Of a stretch of DNA of 64,000 bases, positions 63,797 through 64,000 are shown piece after piece. The stretch lies in the IMG/VR virus record IMGVR_UViG_3300025451_000012, positions 9,671-73,670 of that record. One strand, given 5' to 3'. Origin of the DNA: a virus. The position numbers were made by a program, and so were the translations under genes. Below the pieces are notes generated by a model. That model saw only the letters and a program-made list of their open reading frames with translations, had not been told where the DNA came from and made no database searches. Position 1 is the first letter of the stretch, and each line of letters begins with the position of its first letter.

Positions 63797-63989
63797 CGTT
63801 CTCCGGTAGTATCTCTGTTAATTCGTCAAATCCAACACCGTCAGTTAGGTGATACTCTTTGCCTGCATGATGATACACTGTAGTCCAAGTATGTTGATTG
63901 TTACTTGTGTCAGTGGGTTTAATGAGCCTGAACACAGTTAACATATGTTCTTTCTCAACTCCCTCAATGATTCTACAAGACGGCCCCAT
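63780..63989 (-). CDS. hypothetical protein (window edge)
   Basis: ORF track. Confidence 0.35.
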   Translation of the reverse strand: MGPSCRIIEGVEKEHMLTVFRLIKPTDTSNNQHTWTTVYHHAGKEYHLTDGVGFDELTEILPENDDEKS

Positions 63990-64000
63990 TACATCACGTA

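Noticed and set aside
1-64000. CRISPR arrays, integrase or attachment sites, transposases
   Set aside because: No regularly spaced direct repeats were seen and no recombinase-like ORFs. The architecture is that of a lytic T4-like genome. The repeats that are present are promoter and terminator modules.

Overview
This window is a densely coded, AT-rich (~40% GC) stretch of a T4-like (Straboviridae-type) lytic phage genome. It is not a bacterial chromosome.

The anchors are unmistakable homologues of T4 proteins:
- rIIA and rIIB
- DNA ligase (gp30-like)
- RNase H/flap endonuclease (rnh-like)
- dCMP deaminase (cd-like)
- the polynucleotide kinase kinase domain (pseT-like)

Transcription is organised by a strikingly conserved sigma70-type early promoter cassette. 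It reads TTGACA-N17-TATAAT, followed by a conserved leader and RBS, and is repeated at least 29 times (8 on the + strand, 21 on the - strand). Intrinsic terminators are interspersed, and two of them share an identical hairpin.

Positions 1-8850 (+ strand) carry a classic early block of about 30 small ORFs. Several are membrane or acidic proteins. Many are coupled by ATGA stop-start overlaps.

The rest of the window is mostly - strand and carries accessory modules:
1. A host-like IF-1 (infA) and an A-type Fe-S carrier (ErpA/IscA) next to a Gly/Thr/Asn-rich tail-fibre-like gene that sits behind a late-promoter-like motif.
2. Nucleotide metabolism genes: an HAD 5'-nucleotidase, dCMP deaminase and a MazG-like protein.
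3. An NAD+ salvage/anti-defence island with NadV, a macro domain, NadM-Nudix (NatV) and a RelA/SpoT-type small HD alarmone hydrolase.
4. A mixed-orientation proteostasis island encoding ClpP, ClpS, Hsp20, DnaK and ClpX. It also carries a SprT-like zincin, a histone-H1-like KPAA-repeat protein and metallophosphoesterases.
5. A set of envelope-targeted early proteins: an FG-GAP lipoprotein, two LPP20-like lipoproteins, an SPFH/band-7 lipoprotein and a SleB-like hydrolase.
6. A putative nucleic-acid or sugar modification cluster at the 3' end with UvdE, an SDR epimerase, a GT4 glycosyltransferase, QueE, QueD and a TagD-like cytidylyltransferase.

I could not recognise any tRNA, CRISPR array or integrase in the sequence. 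About 170 features are listed below, with confidences reflecting how much of each call rests on motif-level evidence.
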